From an uncultured candidate division Zixibacteria bacterium (lineage in GTDB: Bacteria; Zixibacteria; MSB-5A5; GN15; PGXB01), in contig OY969724.1 of assembly GCA_963702205.1 (NCBI GenBank), forward strand, positions 3,918,571-3,982,570: 64,000 nt of DNA, given 5' to 3'. A program made the translations under genes and the position numbers. The notes under the pieces were generated by a model, which saw nothing but the letters and a program-made list of their open reading frames with translations, searched no databases and was not told where the DNA came from. This document shows, in pieces, positions 40,030 through 50,475 of the stretch. Position 1 is the first letter of the stretch. Each line of letters starts with the position of its first letter.

Positions 40030-41136
40030 TTAGGCAATCCCTATACTCTGAATCTTAAACCACTTCACCAAGTGTTCGGCGTACTCACCCGCGCAATCAC
40101 CAATTATATTGAACCGGGCTAAAGTTCGACGAAAGGCTATTTTCATACTTGCCTGCAGCACCTCTCGCTCTCTCCAATCTGTCCCCATATTCATTTCTGC
40201 AGTTTTTAATATAGAATCAATTAGACTTGGCCCTCCAGATTCACCGGATGAATTTAGTAAACCAAGAGATGACATGTATACCTTGAATTCATTTTTTAGT
40301 GGCAGCAAATGACCGCCATAAATCTGAACAACTTCAAAGAAAGGAATCGGTTCCTTGGTCTTTGCAGTTGGCATCACAGGTTCTTTTGCAGTATCCTTTT
40401 CATCAGACTCCGATTCTGAGATAACGCTGGAAAAAGACGCTTCTAGTAGTGCAATATATGCTTCCCGATCAATTGTATATAATAATCTGCTTGGTTCTAT
40501 TCTGAGTTCTATTCCGTCTGCAAGATTACCCGTCTTAAGTTTCACCAATAGCATTGGCAAATCATCCTCGTATTCAACTGATGATTCAACTGAAACCGAA
40601 CAATCGATTTTTTCATGCGAATTGCAAAATCGTTCATACGGTTCTCTTGTAAATTTTAGATTTGGCTCTGTTCCTTCAAGCACTCCAAGCAATAGGGCAA
40701 GAATTGTGTCGGCAATGAAGAGATAAGGCTTAATATGATTTTGCGTAAGATTGTCTAAAAAGCCATCCTTTCCGTGCGCAATGGGTCCATTTTCATTTCT
40801 CATATCGCCTAGAGTATCTGATAATTTATTGTATGCTGATAGTATGCGATCAAGTCTGCTTGCGCCTCTGGTATTATGAAGTCCAAGCACTTTTAGAGCC
40901 TCCACAAGCATCTCTGTACTCGACGGACTGGCGGATGGCATAGGCTTGCCGTAATCCCCGAGTATTGTCAAACAAACACACTCAATGAATGATTTCATAG
41001 TTTCAATGAGGCCATGTTGGTTACTCTCATAACTATCAACAACTGCTTGGTAATGATTCGCAAGTGTAGGCGCATCTGGCCAATGTTCCAACGCCTGCCG
41101 AAGATGAGGCAATTGCATGTCAAAGGTGCTTGACAT
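40030..41136 (-). CDS. Abortive-infection C-terminal (Abi_C/HEPN-like) family protein
   Basis: KSFIECVCLTIL and MRNENGPIAHGKD motifs; embedded in the hsd operon. Confidence 0.6.
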   Translation of the reverse strand: MSSTFDMQLPHLRQALEHWPDAPTLANHYQAVVDSYESNQHGLIETMKSFIECVCLTILGDYGKPMPSASPSSTEMLVEALKVLGLHNTRGASRLDRILSAYNKLSDTLGDMRNENGPIAHGKDGFLDNLTQNHIKPYLFIADTILALLLGVLEGTEPNLKFTREPYERFCNSHEKIDCSVSVESSVEYEDDLPMLLVKLKTGNLADGIELRIEPSRLLYTIDREAYIALLEASFSSVISESESDEKDTAKEPVMPTAKTKEPIPFFEVVQIYGGHLLPLKNEFKVYMSSLGLLNSSGESGGPSLIDSILKTAEMNMGTDWREREVLQASMKIAFRRTLARFNIIGDCAGEYAEHLVKWFKIQSIGIA

Positions 41137-42458
41137 CAAACATATCTTCCTATTATTCGCTCGGCGTCAGGCACCCGCAACTCTCCTGATATCAATTCTG
41201 GTAATAAAATATCGCGAAGGGCAGAAAGTGTACGAGATTCATTACAATCGGCGAATAGTCGTCGTAATAGACATAAAACCTGTTTGTCAAACTCATCAAC
41301 AACGTTTTCCCCGGGAAATAGCATTGGCAGTCCTCGCACGCCAGCTTGATTAATCCCCGGCTGTGCAGAATTAGAGTTTAGGGCGATAATTTCATTTGTC
41401 ATGCGAAGTTGGTCAAGCCAGAAATATAGATACCTCTGCTCTGATTGCCTCTTCGTCCGTAAAATAAATACATGTTCATTGACAGCGCAATCAGTGTGCG
41501 GAAAACCGAAATCAAAATAGGTTTTGCGACCAATATGTGCTCCGTCTTTATATAATAGCACATCTCCGTCTCGCACATTGGCACCCTTAAGTTTTAGACG
41601 CTTAAAGTGTTCTTCAGGTACGAATTTTTCTTTTGAAAAGTCATACTGACCCAAACCAACAATATTCTCTGCGCCAATACTCGGCACCCCATCATTTACT
41701 GAACCACCCTTAGGCCGTGATCCTGAAACAAGTCCGGAAAGGGCTCTATCAAGTTTTCCAATCTCCCACCCATCCGGAATCTCACCCAATTCGGAATCTT
41801 CAAATGAATCTGGGAAAAGGGCTGCGATGTCGGGTATAAGGCCAGCCGGTTGATTACCGGACGCCTTAGCTCGTACCGGATCAAAATCCACGAACCAGCT
41901 TTTGAAAATTGCCCGCGCCATATCTTCGAGCGTCCTATTCATCCGCCGGTTCAATTCAATTTTGTCATCCAATGCCCCGAGGATGCAGGCGATGGCTTGT
42001 TGTTCTTTAAATGGTGGGAGAAGTATTTCAAGATTACCAAATGCTGATTTATTAAGGATTGGCTGAGCAGAACCACTGGCAGATGATCTTATCTCTTCTT
42101 TGCGGTTGCTTAGGTTGTAATATACAAATAATGGATCATTTCCAGATTCGACAACAATACTATTAATCTGCTGGTTGGTTATGCAATCATTAGTCGCCAA
42201 TGCTGTTTTCCCCATGTCTGAGCCAATACATGTAACCATCACAGCATTGGCAGGAATGCGGGAACGGGAAACCAGTTCAGCTCCCTTATCAGTTAGGCAT
42301 CGTTCAGTGGAACTAATCAATCTGCGCTCGTCAAAATCTCTTGGTGTTACAAACGGGACATTGCCGCCAAAACACCCGTCAACTCGGGTCGGTGGTGTCT
42401 TGCCTGTAATAATCGGGCCCAATTGGTCGAGAGTTGACACTCGCCATTCATCTGACAT
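41136..42458 (-). CDS. hsdS: Type I R-M specificity subunit
   Basis: Two TRDs; conserved EQQAIACILGALDDKIELN..LEDMARAIFKSWFVDF and LRDILLPELISGELRV. Start reassigned to ATG 42458. Confidence 0.95.
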   Translation of the reverse strand: MSDEWRVSTLDQLGPIITGKTPPTRVDGCFGGNVPFVTPRDFDERRLISSTERCLTDKGAELVSRSRIPANAVMVTCIGSDMGKTALATNDCITNQQINSIVVESGNDPLFVYYNLSNRKEEIRSSASGSAQPILNKSAFGNLEILLPPFKEQQAIACILGALDDKIELNRRMNRTLEDMARAIFKSWFVDFDPVRAKASGNQPAGLIPDIAALFPDSFEDSELGEIPDGWEIGKLDRALSGLVSGSRPKGGSVNDGVPSIGAENIVGLGQYDFSKEKFVPEEHFKRLKLKGANVRDGDVLLYKDGAHIGRKTYFDFGFPHTDCAVNEHVFILRTKRQSEQRYLYFWLDQLRMTNEIIALNSNSAQPGINQAGVRGLPMLFPGENVVDEFDKQVLCLLRRLFADCNESRTLSALRDILLPELISGELRVPDAERIIGRYV

Positions 42459-43548
42459 TTTTCTGGCCTTTTTTCTTTCCTTTATTGTCCCTCTTAGATT
42501 TTGGAAGAGAGCTAGTCTTATTCTCCAATAATTTGACTCTTTCCACCGCTTTATCAAAATCGCTGGTTGGAGTTGTTAATTCAATCCGGCGCCGTTCGGC
42601 CTCGTACTTGGCGAATTCACCGCGCGCATGTTCCTGCGCCAATTCGTGCGAGATGGTGCCGGCATGAGTCAGGATATTGCGTTCGTTGAATTCAAGGAAG
42701 GCATCCAGTCTTTCTACCCAGTCGGCCATGTGCATAGTCCGCCGCCTTTTGGCCTGATCTTCGGCGAAATCAAGATACATAGTGACGACGCAATTCAATT
42801 CCCGCAGTTCTTCTTCAGTCAGGTAATTTTTCGCAACGGTCACATCTGCTTTTCTGATCGCGCCGTGCGGAGCATTCTTCCAGGTCGTCAATCCCATATG
42901 TACCGTGGCTGCATCCGCCCGTTCCTGTATTAACTCGGCGGCCGTGTGGCCGTGTATGGCCCAATGGAGTTTGTTTTGCACGGTGGCATAGAAATTTTGT
43001 GTGATCTCGGCCTTGGCGTCATAGTCGATACTGGTGGCATATATATCGGCGATTTTCTGATAAAACAGCCGTTCCGAAGCCCGGATATCGCGTATTCGCT
43101 CAAGCAGTTCATCAAAATAACTGTCACCGAGGGTACGGCCATCTTTTATCCGTTCATCGTCGAGCGTAAATCCCTTGACCAAGAGTTCTGACAGCCGGGC
43201 AGTCGCCCATTGCCGAAAAACGGTTCCCCGAGCCGATCTTACGCGATAACCAACAGCAAGGATGGCGTCGAGATTATAATGGTCAACCATGCGTTTAACC
43301 TGGCGATTCCCCTCGGTTTGAACTATCCGGAATTTCCGGATAGTTGCCTCCGGATTGAGTTCCTTTTCGTTGTAAATGTTTACCAGATGTTCGTTTACAG
43401 TTTTTACAGAAACCTGGTAGAGATCCGAAATTAGGCGCTGGGTCAGCCAAACCGTTTGCCCATCGATACGGACCTGGACTTGTAGTGTACCATCCTGATA
43501 AATCAGGATTTGTCCATCCGGAGTTATCGGAACCGGTTCATTTGCCAT
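42448..43548 (-). CDS. RhuM-family (virulence RhuM) putative DNA-binding protein
   Basis: [28 protein letters not shown] and [16 protein letters not shown] motifs. Confidence 0.9.
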   Translation of the reverse strand: MANEPVPITPDGQILIYQDGTLQVQVRIDGQTVWLTQRLISDLYQVSVKTVNEHLVNIYNEKELNPEATIRKFRIVQTEGNRQVKRMVDHYNLDAILAVGYRVRSARGTVFRQWATARLSELLVKGFTLDDERIKDGRTLGDSYFDELLERIRDIRASERLFYQKIADIYATSIDYDAKAEITQNFYATVQNKLHWAIHGHTAAELIQERADAATVHMGLTTWKNAPHGAIRKADVTVAKNYLTEEELRELNCVVTMYLDFAEDQAKRRRTMHMADWVERLDAFLEFNERNILTHAGTISHELAQEHARGEFAKYEAERRRIELTTPTSDFDKAVERVKLLENKTSSLPKSKRDNKGKKKGQKNVR

Positions 43549-45130
43549 AGCCGATATCCTTCAAATTGGCCCAGATAAGTTTGTCAAGCTTGGCGGATTT
43601 TGCGGTCTGCTCCTGTAATTCCGCCGTCAAACGGGCCATTTTTTCTTCAAATGGCTCCCCGTCGTCTTCGACCTCAGCCGCACCGACGTACCGCCCAGGC
43701 GTAAGGATATAACTGTTCTTACGGATTTCTTCGAGACCAGCTGCCTTACAGAATCCGGGAATATCCTTATACTTCGCCTTTACGGTCTTATCTCCGCGCC
43801 AGGAATGGTACGTATCTGCGATTTTCTTGATATCGTCATCAGTTAATTCACGATGGACACGATCCAGCATCGATCCCATTTTTCTGGCATCGATAAAAAG
43901 CGTTTCATTACGCCTGTCGCGAAATCGTCCGTTTTTCTTCTCTCGGGCAATAAACCATAAGCAAACCGGAATCTGCGTAGTAGTAAAAAGCTGCCCAGGC
44001 ATGGCAACCATGCAATCAACCAAATCTGCCTCTATGATATTTTTCCTGATTTCACCCTCACCGGATTGATTGGAAGACATCGAGCCATTTGCTAACACAA
44101 AGCCGGCCAAACCTGTCGGGGCGAGATGGTGGATAAAGTGCTGAACCCAGGCATAATTGGCATTGGAAGTCGGCGGAATCCCGAATTTCCATCGTTTGTC
44201 TTTCTTGAGCAGATCGCCGCGCCAATCAGAATCATTAAAGGGCGGATTTGCCAAGACAAAATCAGCCTTAAGATCAGCATGCAGATCGCGGTGGAAGCTG
44301 TCAGCGTGCTCTTTGCCGAGGTTGCCATCAATGCCGCGGATGGCCAAATTCATTCTGGCCAGCCGCCAGGTCGTGTGATTGGATTCCTGGCCGAAAATGC
44401 TTATATCCCGCTTAGCATTGCCTCCATTTCCATTTCCGGTTCGATGCGATTCAACAAATTTCTTGGATTGCACAAACATTCCGCCCGAGCCGCAGCATGG
44501 GTCATAAACTCTTCCATTATAGGGAGCTAACATTTCAACGAGGATCCTAACAACACACTCAGGCGTCCAAAATTGACCGCCCTTTCTTCCTTCAGCAGCC
44601 GCAAATTGCTTTAGCAGATACATATAACAGCTTCCAAGCAGGTCCCTATGGCCTTTCTTGTCCGTCAGTCCAATGCTTCCAATAATGTCAATGAGTTGAC
44701 CAAGCCTTTGTTTATCAAGCCGCGGGTGTGCATATTCCTTCGGCATCGCCCCCTTCAGCGAAGGATTGTCGCGTTCAATGGCCAGCATGGCATCATCTAC
44801 TATCTTACCAATTGTGGGTTGTTTTGCGTTAGCTTTGAGATATGACCAACGTGCCTCTTTAGGTACCCAGAATATGTTCTTTGCCCGATATTCATCAGGA
44901 TCTTCAGGATCGGCTCCATTTTTGCGATCAGCATCAAGCTCAGCGTGTTGATTTTCGAATGAGTCAGAAATATATTTAAGAAAAATCAAGCCAAGGACGA
45001 CATGCTTATATTCGGCAGCATCCATATTAGAGCGAAGGGCATCGGCTGAAAGCCATAATTTCTTTTCAAGGTCTAAACCTGCACCATTATTTACCGCATT
45101 TGGCAATTTAATCTCCTCGCTTGGGAACAC
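43538..45130 (-). CDS. hsdM: Type I R-M methyltransferase subunit
   Basis: [24 protein letters not shown] and ANPPFN motifs. The exact start codon is uncertain. Confidence 0.97.
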   Translation of the reverse strand: MFPSEEIKLPNAVNNGAGLDLEKKLWLSADALRSNMDAAEYKHVVLGLIFLKYISDSFENQHAELDADRKNGADPEDPDEYRAKNIFWVPKEARWSYLKANAKQPTIGKIVDDAMLAIERDNPSLKGAMPKEYAHPRLDKQRLGQLIDIIGSIGLTDKKGHRDLLGSCYMYLLKQFAAAEGRKGGQFWTPECVVRILVEMLAPYNGRVYDPCCGSGGMFVQSKKFVESHRTGNGNGGNAKRDISIFGQESNHTTWRLARMNLAIRGIDGNLGKEHADSFHRDLHADLKADFVLANPPFNDSDWRGDLLKKDKRWKFGIPPTSNANYAWVQHFIHHLAPTGLAGFVLANGSMSSNQSGEGEIRKNIIEADLVDCMVAMPGQLFTTTQIPVCLWFIAREKKNGRFRDRRNETLFIDARKMGSMLDRVHRELTDDDIKKIADTYHSWRGDKTVKAKYKDIPGFCKAAGLEEIRKNSYILTPGRYVGAAEVEDDGEPFEEKMARLTAELQEQTAKSAKLDKLIWANLKDIGYGK

Positions 45131-45295
45131 TGAAAAACTTTTGAATAGCCTCCCTGTTTATAACAGCGCTTCGATTATTCAGAAAATGTAGGTTTAAATT
45201 TATTTAAAATAGTTAAATAAGTCAAGGCGTCTGGCGCCAACGATTTGATTAATGTGCATTATAAAAAGATTGGTTTTTTACGAAACAAAGCCAAA

Positions 45296-46249
45296 TCAGG
45301 CTTGATTAGAGACATTTACGTCGATGGCCAATGGGATTGTGGGATTACCGCCCATTCGGGCGCTTTGCAGGCGGATCAATTCATGAATGGCCCGATAAAG
45401 CTGCCTTTCGATAGCTGTTTCATATCGAAGCATCTTGTCGATAGCTTCCTTTTCGGGCAAGTACAGCGCTTTTTTCTGGGCATTAATGTCTTCGTTTTCA
45501 ATTTTGTTTAAATGCGCGCTAATCTCTTTCAACTGCTTTTTTTCATTATTTATTATTTTAATCATCGCTTTCTTCAACTTTTCTCGATCAGGAGTATCGC
45601 CATATTTCTCGGGGTCAGAAATCGCAAGACTCTGCCCTTTGGTAGCCATATGGTTAAATAACATCAACGTATAACCAAAACTGCCTTTTTCAGTCTCAAA
45701 ATGACGACAAAGTTCCTGCGTCGAGTAGTCAGATAATTCGCCAGACTCCTCTATTCCGAATTTAATGTCATCCAAGGCGGCCAATAGGCATTTGATTCCA
45801 AATATGGTTTTTCTTAATTTATCCTTGTTCCCGCCGGCTTCAGCCATCGTGCGGTCGAATTTAAAATCATCGGCGCGTTTGAAAATTATGTCCATTGTGG
45901 CATTATCGAGCCGTTTGCGTAATTCTCCGACCTCGAACTTGACCACTCGGCGCAACCGCCAATAACAAATGGCTATCTTTTCAACAAGCATTTCTTCCAG
46001 AATCCCTGCTGGACAAAGTTCAATTCGAAGCGCATTGAAGAGCTGCTCAAATTCATTTTCGTCTTCTATGCCTTCACCGGCATCAATAATGACTTCTTTC
46101 GATAATAGCCCATGTTTCATGGCATTCCACTTTACGACAGCCTTGCCCTTGCGCGTTTTGGGCCCGGTGGATTTTAGAGAGTTGTTTCGGTTTGCTCGGA
46201 CCTTCTCGTCCGATACCCTGATCTTTTTTGTAGTCCTACCCAATTCCAA
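45296..46249 (-). CDS. Conserved hypothetical protein of mobile elements
   Basis: ANRxNxxKSTGPKTxxGK...NAMKHGL N-terminus and RYETAIERQLYRA C-terminus; coupled to the primase gene. Confidence 0.65.
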   Translation of the reverse strand: MELGRTTKKIRVSDEKVRANRNNSLKSTGPKTRKGKAVVKWNAMKHGLLSKEVIIDAGEGIEDENEFEQLFNALRIELCPAGILEEMLVEKIAICYWRLRRVVKFEVGELRKRLDNATMDIIFKRADDFKFDRTMAEAGGNKDKLRKTIFGIKCLLAALDDIKFGIEESGELSDYSTQELCRHFETEKGSFGYTLMLFNHMATKGQSLAISDPEKYGDTPDREKLKKAMIKIINNEKKQLKEISAHLNKIENEDINAQKKALYLPEKEAIDKMLRYETAIERQLYRAIHELIRLQSARMGGNPTIPLAIDVNVSNQA

Positions 46250-48548
46250 CCCCTATAACCTTGTTCCAAAATAGGTAATTATTTGGTTCATTTGCTTCAG
46301 GATGTTCATGCTCGTTGTCATTCATGAGCTTATCTACTGCATTTGGGACATTATTTGATTCATGTTTTTCATTTTGATTCAGGTTATGTTCATCCGACAA
46401 TTCTTCTATTCTCATGGAATCTGAAGAAAATGTAGATCCTGAACCAAATTCCTGATGTTTTTGGAATAAGATCGGATAGCCTTTCTCCCCTCTTGGGCCA
46501 ATGGTATAACCAATTCCATAATCCAAAAGGTTCGCTTTTATCCGCTCCAAATATGGCCGCAAAGTATTTATGCTCTTTGGGAAAGTTGAATCTGTTTTCT
46601 GAGGATCGGCAATATCTTTTAATTGGGTCCAAGCCTCTTTAATGGTGCCACTCCATTTTTCTTGAGCTTTCATAAATACCATGACCGCTTGAGCCAGAGT
46701 ATTGCTTTGAATCACCTCATCATTTTGTAAATTTATATTTTTGCGATAACTCTCTAAAAATAAGTTCCCGTCATGACCAAGCCCTTCTGCAATAGCATAC
46801 CCCCATTTGGCGAAATCTGCCATTCGCGGAAGTGTCGATAATCTGACAGTCGGATAAATGACCATCGCCCTGGATATTGCGTCGAATATGCCTCCCAGTA
46901 TTTCTGGCTTAACAATATCAAATCTATTCCAGAGTTCAGATTCCTCAATACGTTTAGAAGGATCTATGCGCTCCAGATGAATCAAAATACTTCGGTCCAT
47001 CAAATCAGGCTTTTTTATAAGCAAATTTATGCCGTTTATTCCGATACATCTTTTCACATGGTATATGATATCATCATCATCTGTATATAGCTGCCGTTTA
47101 CTGAATCCGCCTCCGGTGCAGGCTTGTGATAATATGTCAGACATTTGAGTAGATATATTGCTCAAATTATCAAACAGGCAGACATGGTGATGAGAGATAA
47201 TTTGTATCAGCTCGCTTTGATTCTTGGGGGCTATCAGAGCCTCAATACTCGAAGGGTCGCATAATCTCTTTATTGCCCTAAATAAACTCGTTTTGCCTGC
47301 GCCATGCGGACCATGAGGATGGAATATCGGATGAGGAATATCTGGGATGAAATACGATATGATACAAATGAGTGTCAATAACCTCTGGTCTTTGGGGACA
47401 TTTAAGAAATCAAAAATGCGGAACGGATTTCCGCCTTTTATTGGCGTGACTTGCGGCATTTGATGAGGATATCGTCTGAATAGAACTGGTGCATCAGAAA
47501 TACCCCATTCATCCGGCGTAATTTTAACGCATTTACTATTGCCCATGTCGTACCAAATTGCCTGGTCATTCAATGCGATTCTATTTTCAAGATGATGCAT
47601 ATTGCCTTCAAATATGGCCTTGGCTTCAAGTTCCATTATAGCCTGATTCATAGCATCCGAGTTGGGAGTTTTGTTTTCAGAGGCATATAACCTATGGGTC
47701 AGCCATTGCTTTATTTTCTTCGATTTTAGGGGCACCGCTTCAATGTCCAAAAAAGCATAAGCCTCTTTATTCTGGTCGTGGAACAGATATAATTCGGAAG
47801 CGAGTCTTACCAGTCTGGACCCTTGAGATTCTCTTTTTTCTTGATCATTTGTCTGTTCATCTTCGGCAGGATTATGTTGGGGTAACTGAAGTAATTCGAC
47901 AACTGAATGATCCAGGAGAAAATCATCCAGGCCAACTTTATCGCCCGTTTCGCTTGGCAGTCGGATGGCGCTAACAAGGGCACCCCTTGAAACCAGCTCC
48001 TCAGCCAAAGCCGTTTCCGCCTTTGTAATTGACGGGTTCGTGCTGGCGTCGGAATCAAAAACTATATATACACGCCTACCCTTCCATTGAATTGCACTTA
48101 AATCGGGAATCGGCAGGCTCTGCCCATTATTGTCTCGTCCCTTCCAGCACCAAACCCCTGCCAAGGCGATGCAATTAAGGCCTTCTTGGATGGCTTTTAA
48201 TGCCTTTTTTTCACCTTCAGTGATATATAAAACCTCGTTTGAATCATTCAATTTGCTGATAACGGCTTGTGGGACGTATATCCGATTTTGCGAACCTTTG
48301 GGGCTTAAATATTTCGCGGCCCGATCATCAATTATTGGTGGAACATCCATCTTAACTCGCATGAACTGGTTACCTGAGCCATTTATTAAAGGATAGGGGA
48401 TCACCAATCCGGCGGAGTCATTGGGATTGAATCCGAGTATATTTTTAATTTCTTCAACTGAAGCAGAATGAAAGCCCGCCCCAGCAATTGTCTCATTAGA
48501 TAACCCCGATTTTCTAAGATCTTGCATGTGATACTCAGTTAGATGCAT
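46236..48548 (-). CDS. DUF3854-type (Toprim) primase fused to a P-loop NTPase/helicase
   Basis: KYLSP, ITEGEKKAL, GVWCW, IVFDSD and KVGLDDFL motifs; Walker A GPHGAGKT. Confidence 0.85.
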   Translation of the reverse strand: MHLTEYHMQDLRKSGLSNETIAGAGFHSASVEEIKNILGFNPNDSAGLVIPYPLINGSGNQFMRVKMDVPPIIDDRAAKYLSPKGSQNRIYVPQAVISKLNDSNEVLYITEGEKKALKAIQEGLNCIALAGVWCWKGRDNNGQSLPIPDLSAIQWKGRRVYIVFDSDASTNPSITKAETALAEELVSRGALVSAIRLPSETGDKVGLDDFLLDHSVVELLQLPQHNPAEDEQTNDQEKRESQGSRLVRLASELYLFHDQNKEAYAFLDIEAVPLKSKKIKQWLTHRLYASENKTPNSDAMNQAIMELEAKAIFEGNMHHLENRIALNDQAIWYDMGNSKCVKITPDEWGISDAPVLFRRYPHQMPQVTPIKGGNPFRIFDFLNVPKDQRLLTLICIISYFIPDIPHPIFHPHGPHGAGKTSLFRAIKRLCDPSSIEALIAPKNQSELIQIISHHHVCLFDNLSNISTQMSDILSQACTGGGFSKRQLYTDDDDIIYHVKRCIGINGINLLIKKPDLMDRSILIHLERIDPSKRIEESELWNRFDIVKPEILGGIFDAISRAMVIYPTVRLSTLPRMADFAKWGYAIAEGLGHDGNLFLESYRKNINLQNDEVIQSNTLAQAVMVFMKAQEKWSGTIKEAWTQLKDIADPQKTDSTFPKSINTLRPYLERIKANLLDYGIGYTIGPRGEKGYPILFQKHQEFGSGSTFSSDSMRIEELSDEHNLNQNEKHESNNVPNAVDKLMNDNEHEHPEANEPNNYLFWNKVIGVGIG

Positions 48549-48781
48549 ATTTCGCCCAGTTTATTTTCGTTTGAGAAAGCGCCTTCTCCGCTCTTCATTT
48601 CTCCCTGAAAATCTCCTGTAGAATTACCGGCCGTTCGCTTCTTAAATGATTCCATCTTTGTCTTAAAACTGGATAGATTAGTAATGTGCCGTCTGGCTAT
48701 TATCGTGGCCAGTATTTCAAGGCCGCTTCTTTCTGGTCCCAAATTAGTCATCATTTTCCCTGATTTCGAAAAGGTCATCAA
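48539..48781 (-). CDS. Small hypothetical protein
   Basis: ORF overlapping both neighbours in the same operon. Confidence 0.4.
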   Translation of the reverse strand: MMTFSKSGKMMTNLGPERSGLEILATIIARRHITNLSSFKTKMESFKKRTAGNSTGDFQGEMKSGEGAFSNENKLGEICI

Positions 48782-48968
48782 AGGAATATTTATCGAATAT
48801 GATTAAAAAACGATTTCTCAAGACCGGCGATGGGTGGCGCTTTCCGGCCAGTAATTGAGACAAATATCCACTCGAAATGTCGAGCTTATTGGCCAACCAA
48901 TTCTGTGACATATTCTTACGAGCCAATATGCTGTTTACTTTCTTGGTTTTTAAACCTACCCTAATCAT
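48744..48968 (-). CDS. Cro-like XRE HTH protein
   Basis: MSQNWLANKLDISSGYLSQLLAGKRHPS; divergent from the repressor. Start reassigned to ATG 48968. Confidence 0.85.
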   Translation of the reverse strand: MIRVGLKTKKVNSILARKNMSQNWLANKLDISSGYLSQLLAGKRHPSPVLRNRFLIIFDKYSFDDLFEIRENDD

Positions 48969-49037
48969 TTTTATGTCCTTATTGTTGTCAGCATACAACA
49001 ATTATAGTAAGCGCACCCCGGCGAAAAATCAATGAAA

Positions 49038-49091
49038 AAATGCTTATTATTGAAAATAGTGCTTGCAATAATTAGCATTTCAACCTATTAT
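49038..49091. promoter_or_regulatory. Operator-like inverted repeat overlapping the repressor promoter
   Basis: AAATGCTTATTATTG (49038-49052) / CAATAATTAGCATTT (49066-49080), 14/15 match; TTGCAA-17-TATTAT at 49063-49091. Confidence 0.65.
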
Positions 49092-49119
49092 AGACCAATA
49101 CTTGGAGGAAGGAGCGTTT

Positions 49120-49506
49120 GTGGCATTAGGAGAATATTTAAAACAGGCCAGAATTAAACTTGGTTTTTCCCTTCGTGAGGCAGAGGAAAAATCAGGAGTT
49201 TCAAATGCATATATTTCGTTAATAGAAAGTGGCAAGCGGACAGATCCTCATCCGAATATATTGAAAAGCCTCGCAAGAGCCTATGGTCTTGATATTAAGG
49301 AAGTAATGGATAGAGCGGGGTATCTTGACTTAGAAATATCCGAGAATAACGAGCAAAATCTAATAGAGCAGGATTACCAAAAAGCCATATCTGATCCAGA
49401 ATTTCACTTTGGCAGACGTTCGGCTACCAAGGTAGATTTCGAAACAAAGAAACTAATCGCAAAAATGTATAGAGAACTTGAAAAACGCAGAGAGGGGGAA
49501 AATTAA
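49120..49506 (+). CDS. XRE-family repressor (ImmR/CI-like)
   Basis: LGEYLKQAR...SLREAEEKSGVSNAYISLIESGKR; GTG start after an AGGAG RBS. Confidence 0.9.
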   Translation: MALGEYLKQARIKLGFSLREAEEKSGVSNAYISLIESGKRTDPHPNILKSLARAYGLDIKEVMDRAGYLDLEISENNEQNLIEQDYQKAISDPEFHFGRRSATKVDFETKKLIAKMYRELEKRREGEN

Positions 49507-50468
49507 TGAAACCTTTAACGTCAACGAAAGGCCCGCCGCCCAAGCCTATTCATGATTTCGCAAAATACTACCTAAAGACTCATGGGCTGGAAAAGACTCG
49601 AAATCCTGAGCTTTTGGCCAATGAATTTGCACATTTCTATGGCCTTAGCGGTAATCAAAGGCTCGAAGAATTAATCGAGACTTTAAAAAGCAAATTAGGA
49701 AACCTCGACATTGCCACTGATGCCTTGTCTCCCGACTGCCGTGGATCATTCGGCACACTTTCTGATCGGATCCAGATCTATATACGTCAAAATGATTGGG
49801 ACGGTTCTCAAGAATTTACATTGGGTCATGAACTTCGAGAAATATTGGGCGTCACATTTAAAGATCTCGACCCAGACTTCATTGAGGCCGACGGCGAAGA
49901 CTTGGAAAATGAAGCCGATGCCTTTTCTGCGGCCTTGTTTATGGAGCCGGAACGTTTCAATAGCGATATGCTCCATTGCGGATATGATCCTATCTATTTG
50001 CAAAAAAAATATCATAAATCCTATATAGGGATAGTTGCAAGAATGGCCGCAGTATCTAATCTTCAGAAACCTAAAGGACATTTATGGTGCTCTGTCTTTG
50101 AGAATGAGAATGGATTACCAAGTGGTTATATGACGGCTAAGTGCTTCCACAGAAGCCCAAAGTATATTCCGAGGGAAAGGTATAGGATTCCCAATTTCTT
50201 ATTTCCCAAACGAGGGATGAACATCAATTTGCGGGAAAGTTTGCTTAGTGCATATGAAAGTAAATTGCCCGTGCATATTCGCAGATTATCAGGACTTGAT
50301 TTTTGGGACAAATATTGTCTATCGGTAATAATACGACCGGTTATTTGGGGCAATGAGGTTGCAAAACTAATTGTGATCTGTATGCCCGAAGAACGATCCT
50401 ATTTGTTAGAGCCTCAATTACGAAGAATATCACCGGTCATTATCAAAGAGTCATTTCAGCTAATATAG
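49506..50468 (+). CDS. ImmA/IrrE-family metallopeptidase (antirepressor-like)
   Basis: FTLGHELRE and ENEADAFSAALFM motifs; directly after the XRE repressor. Confidence 0.8.
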   Translation: MKPLTSTKGPPPKPIHDFAKYYLKTHGLEKTRNPELLANEFAHFYGLSGNQRLEELIETLKSKLGNLDIATDALSPDCRGSFGTLSDRIQIYIRQNDWDGSQEFTLGHELREILGVTFKDLDPDFIEADGEDLENEADAFSAALFMEPERFNSDMLHCGYDPIYLQKKYHKSYIGIVARMAAVSNLQKPKGHLWCSVFENENGLPSGYMTAKCFHRSPKYIPRERYRIPNFLFPKRGMNINLRESLLSAYESKLPVHIRRLSGLDFWDKYCLSVIIRPVIWGNEVAKLIVICMPEERSYLLEPQLRRISPVIIKESFQLI

Positions 50469-50475
50469 GTGAAAT

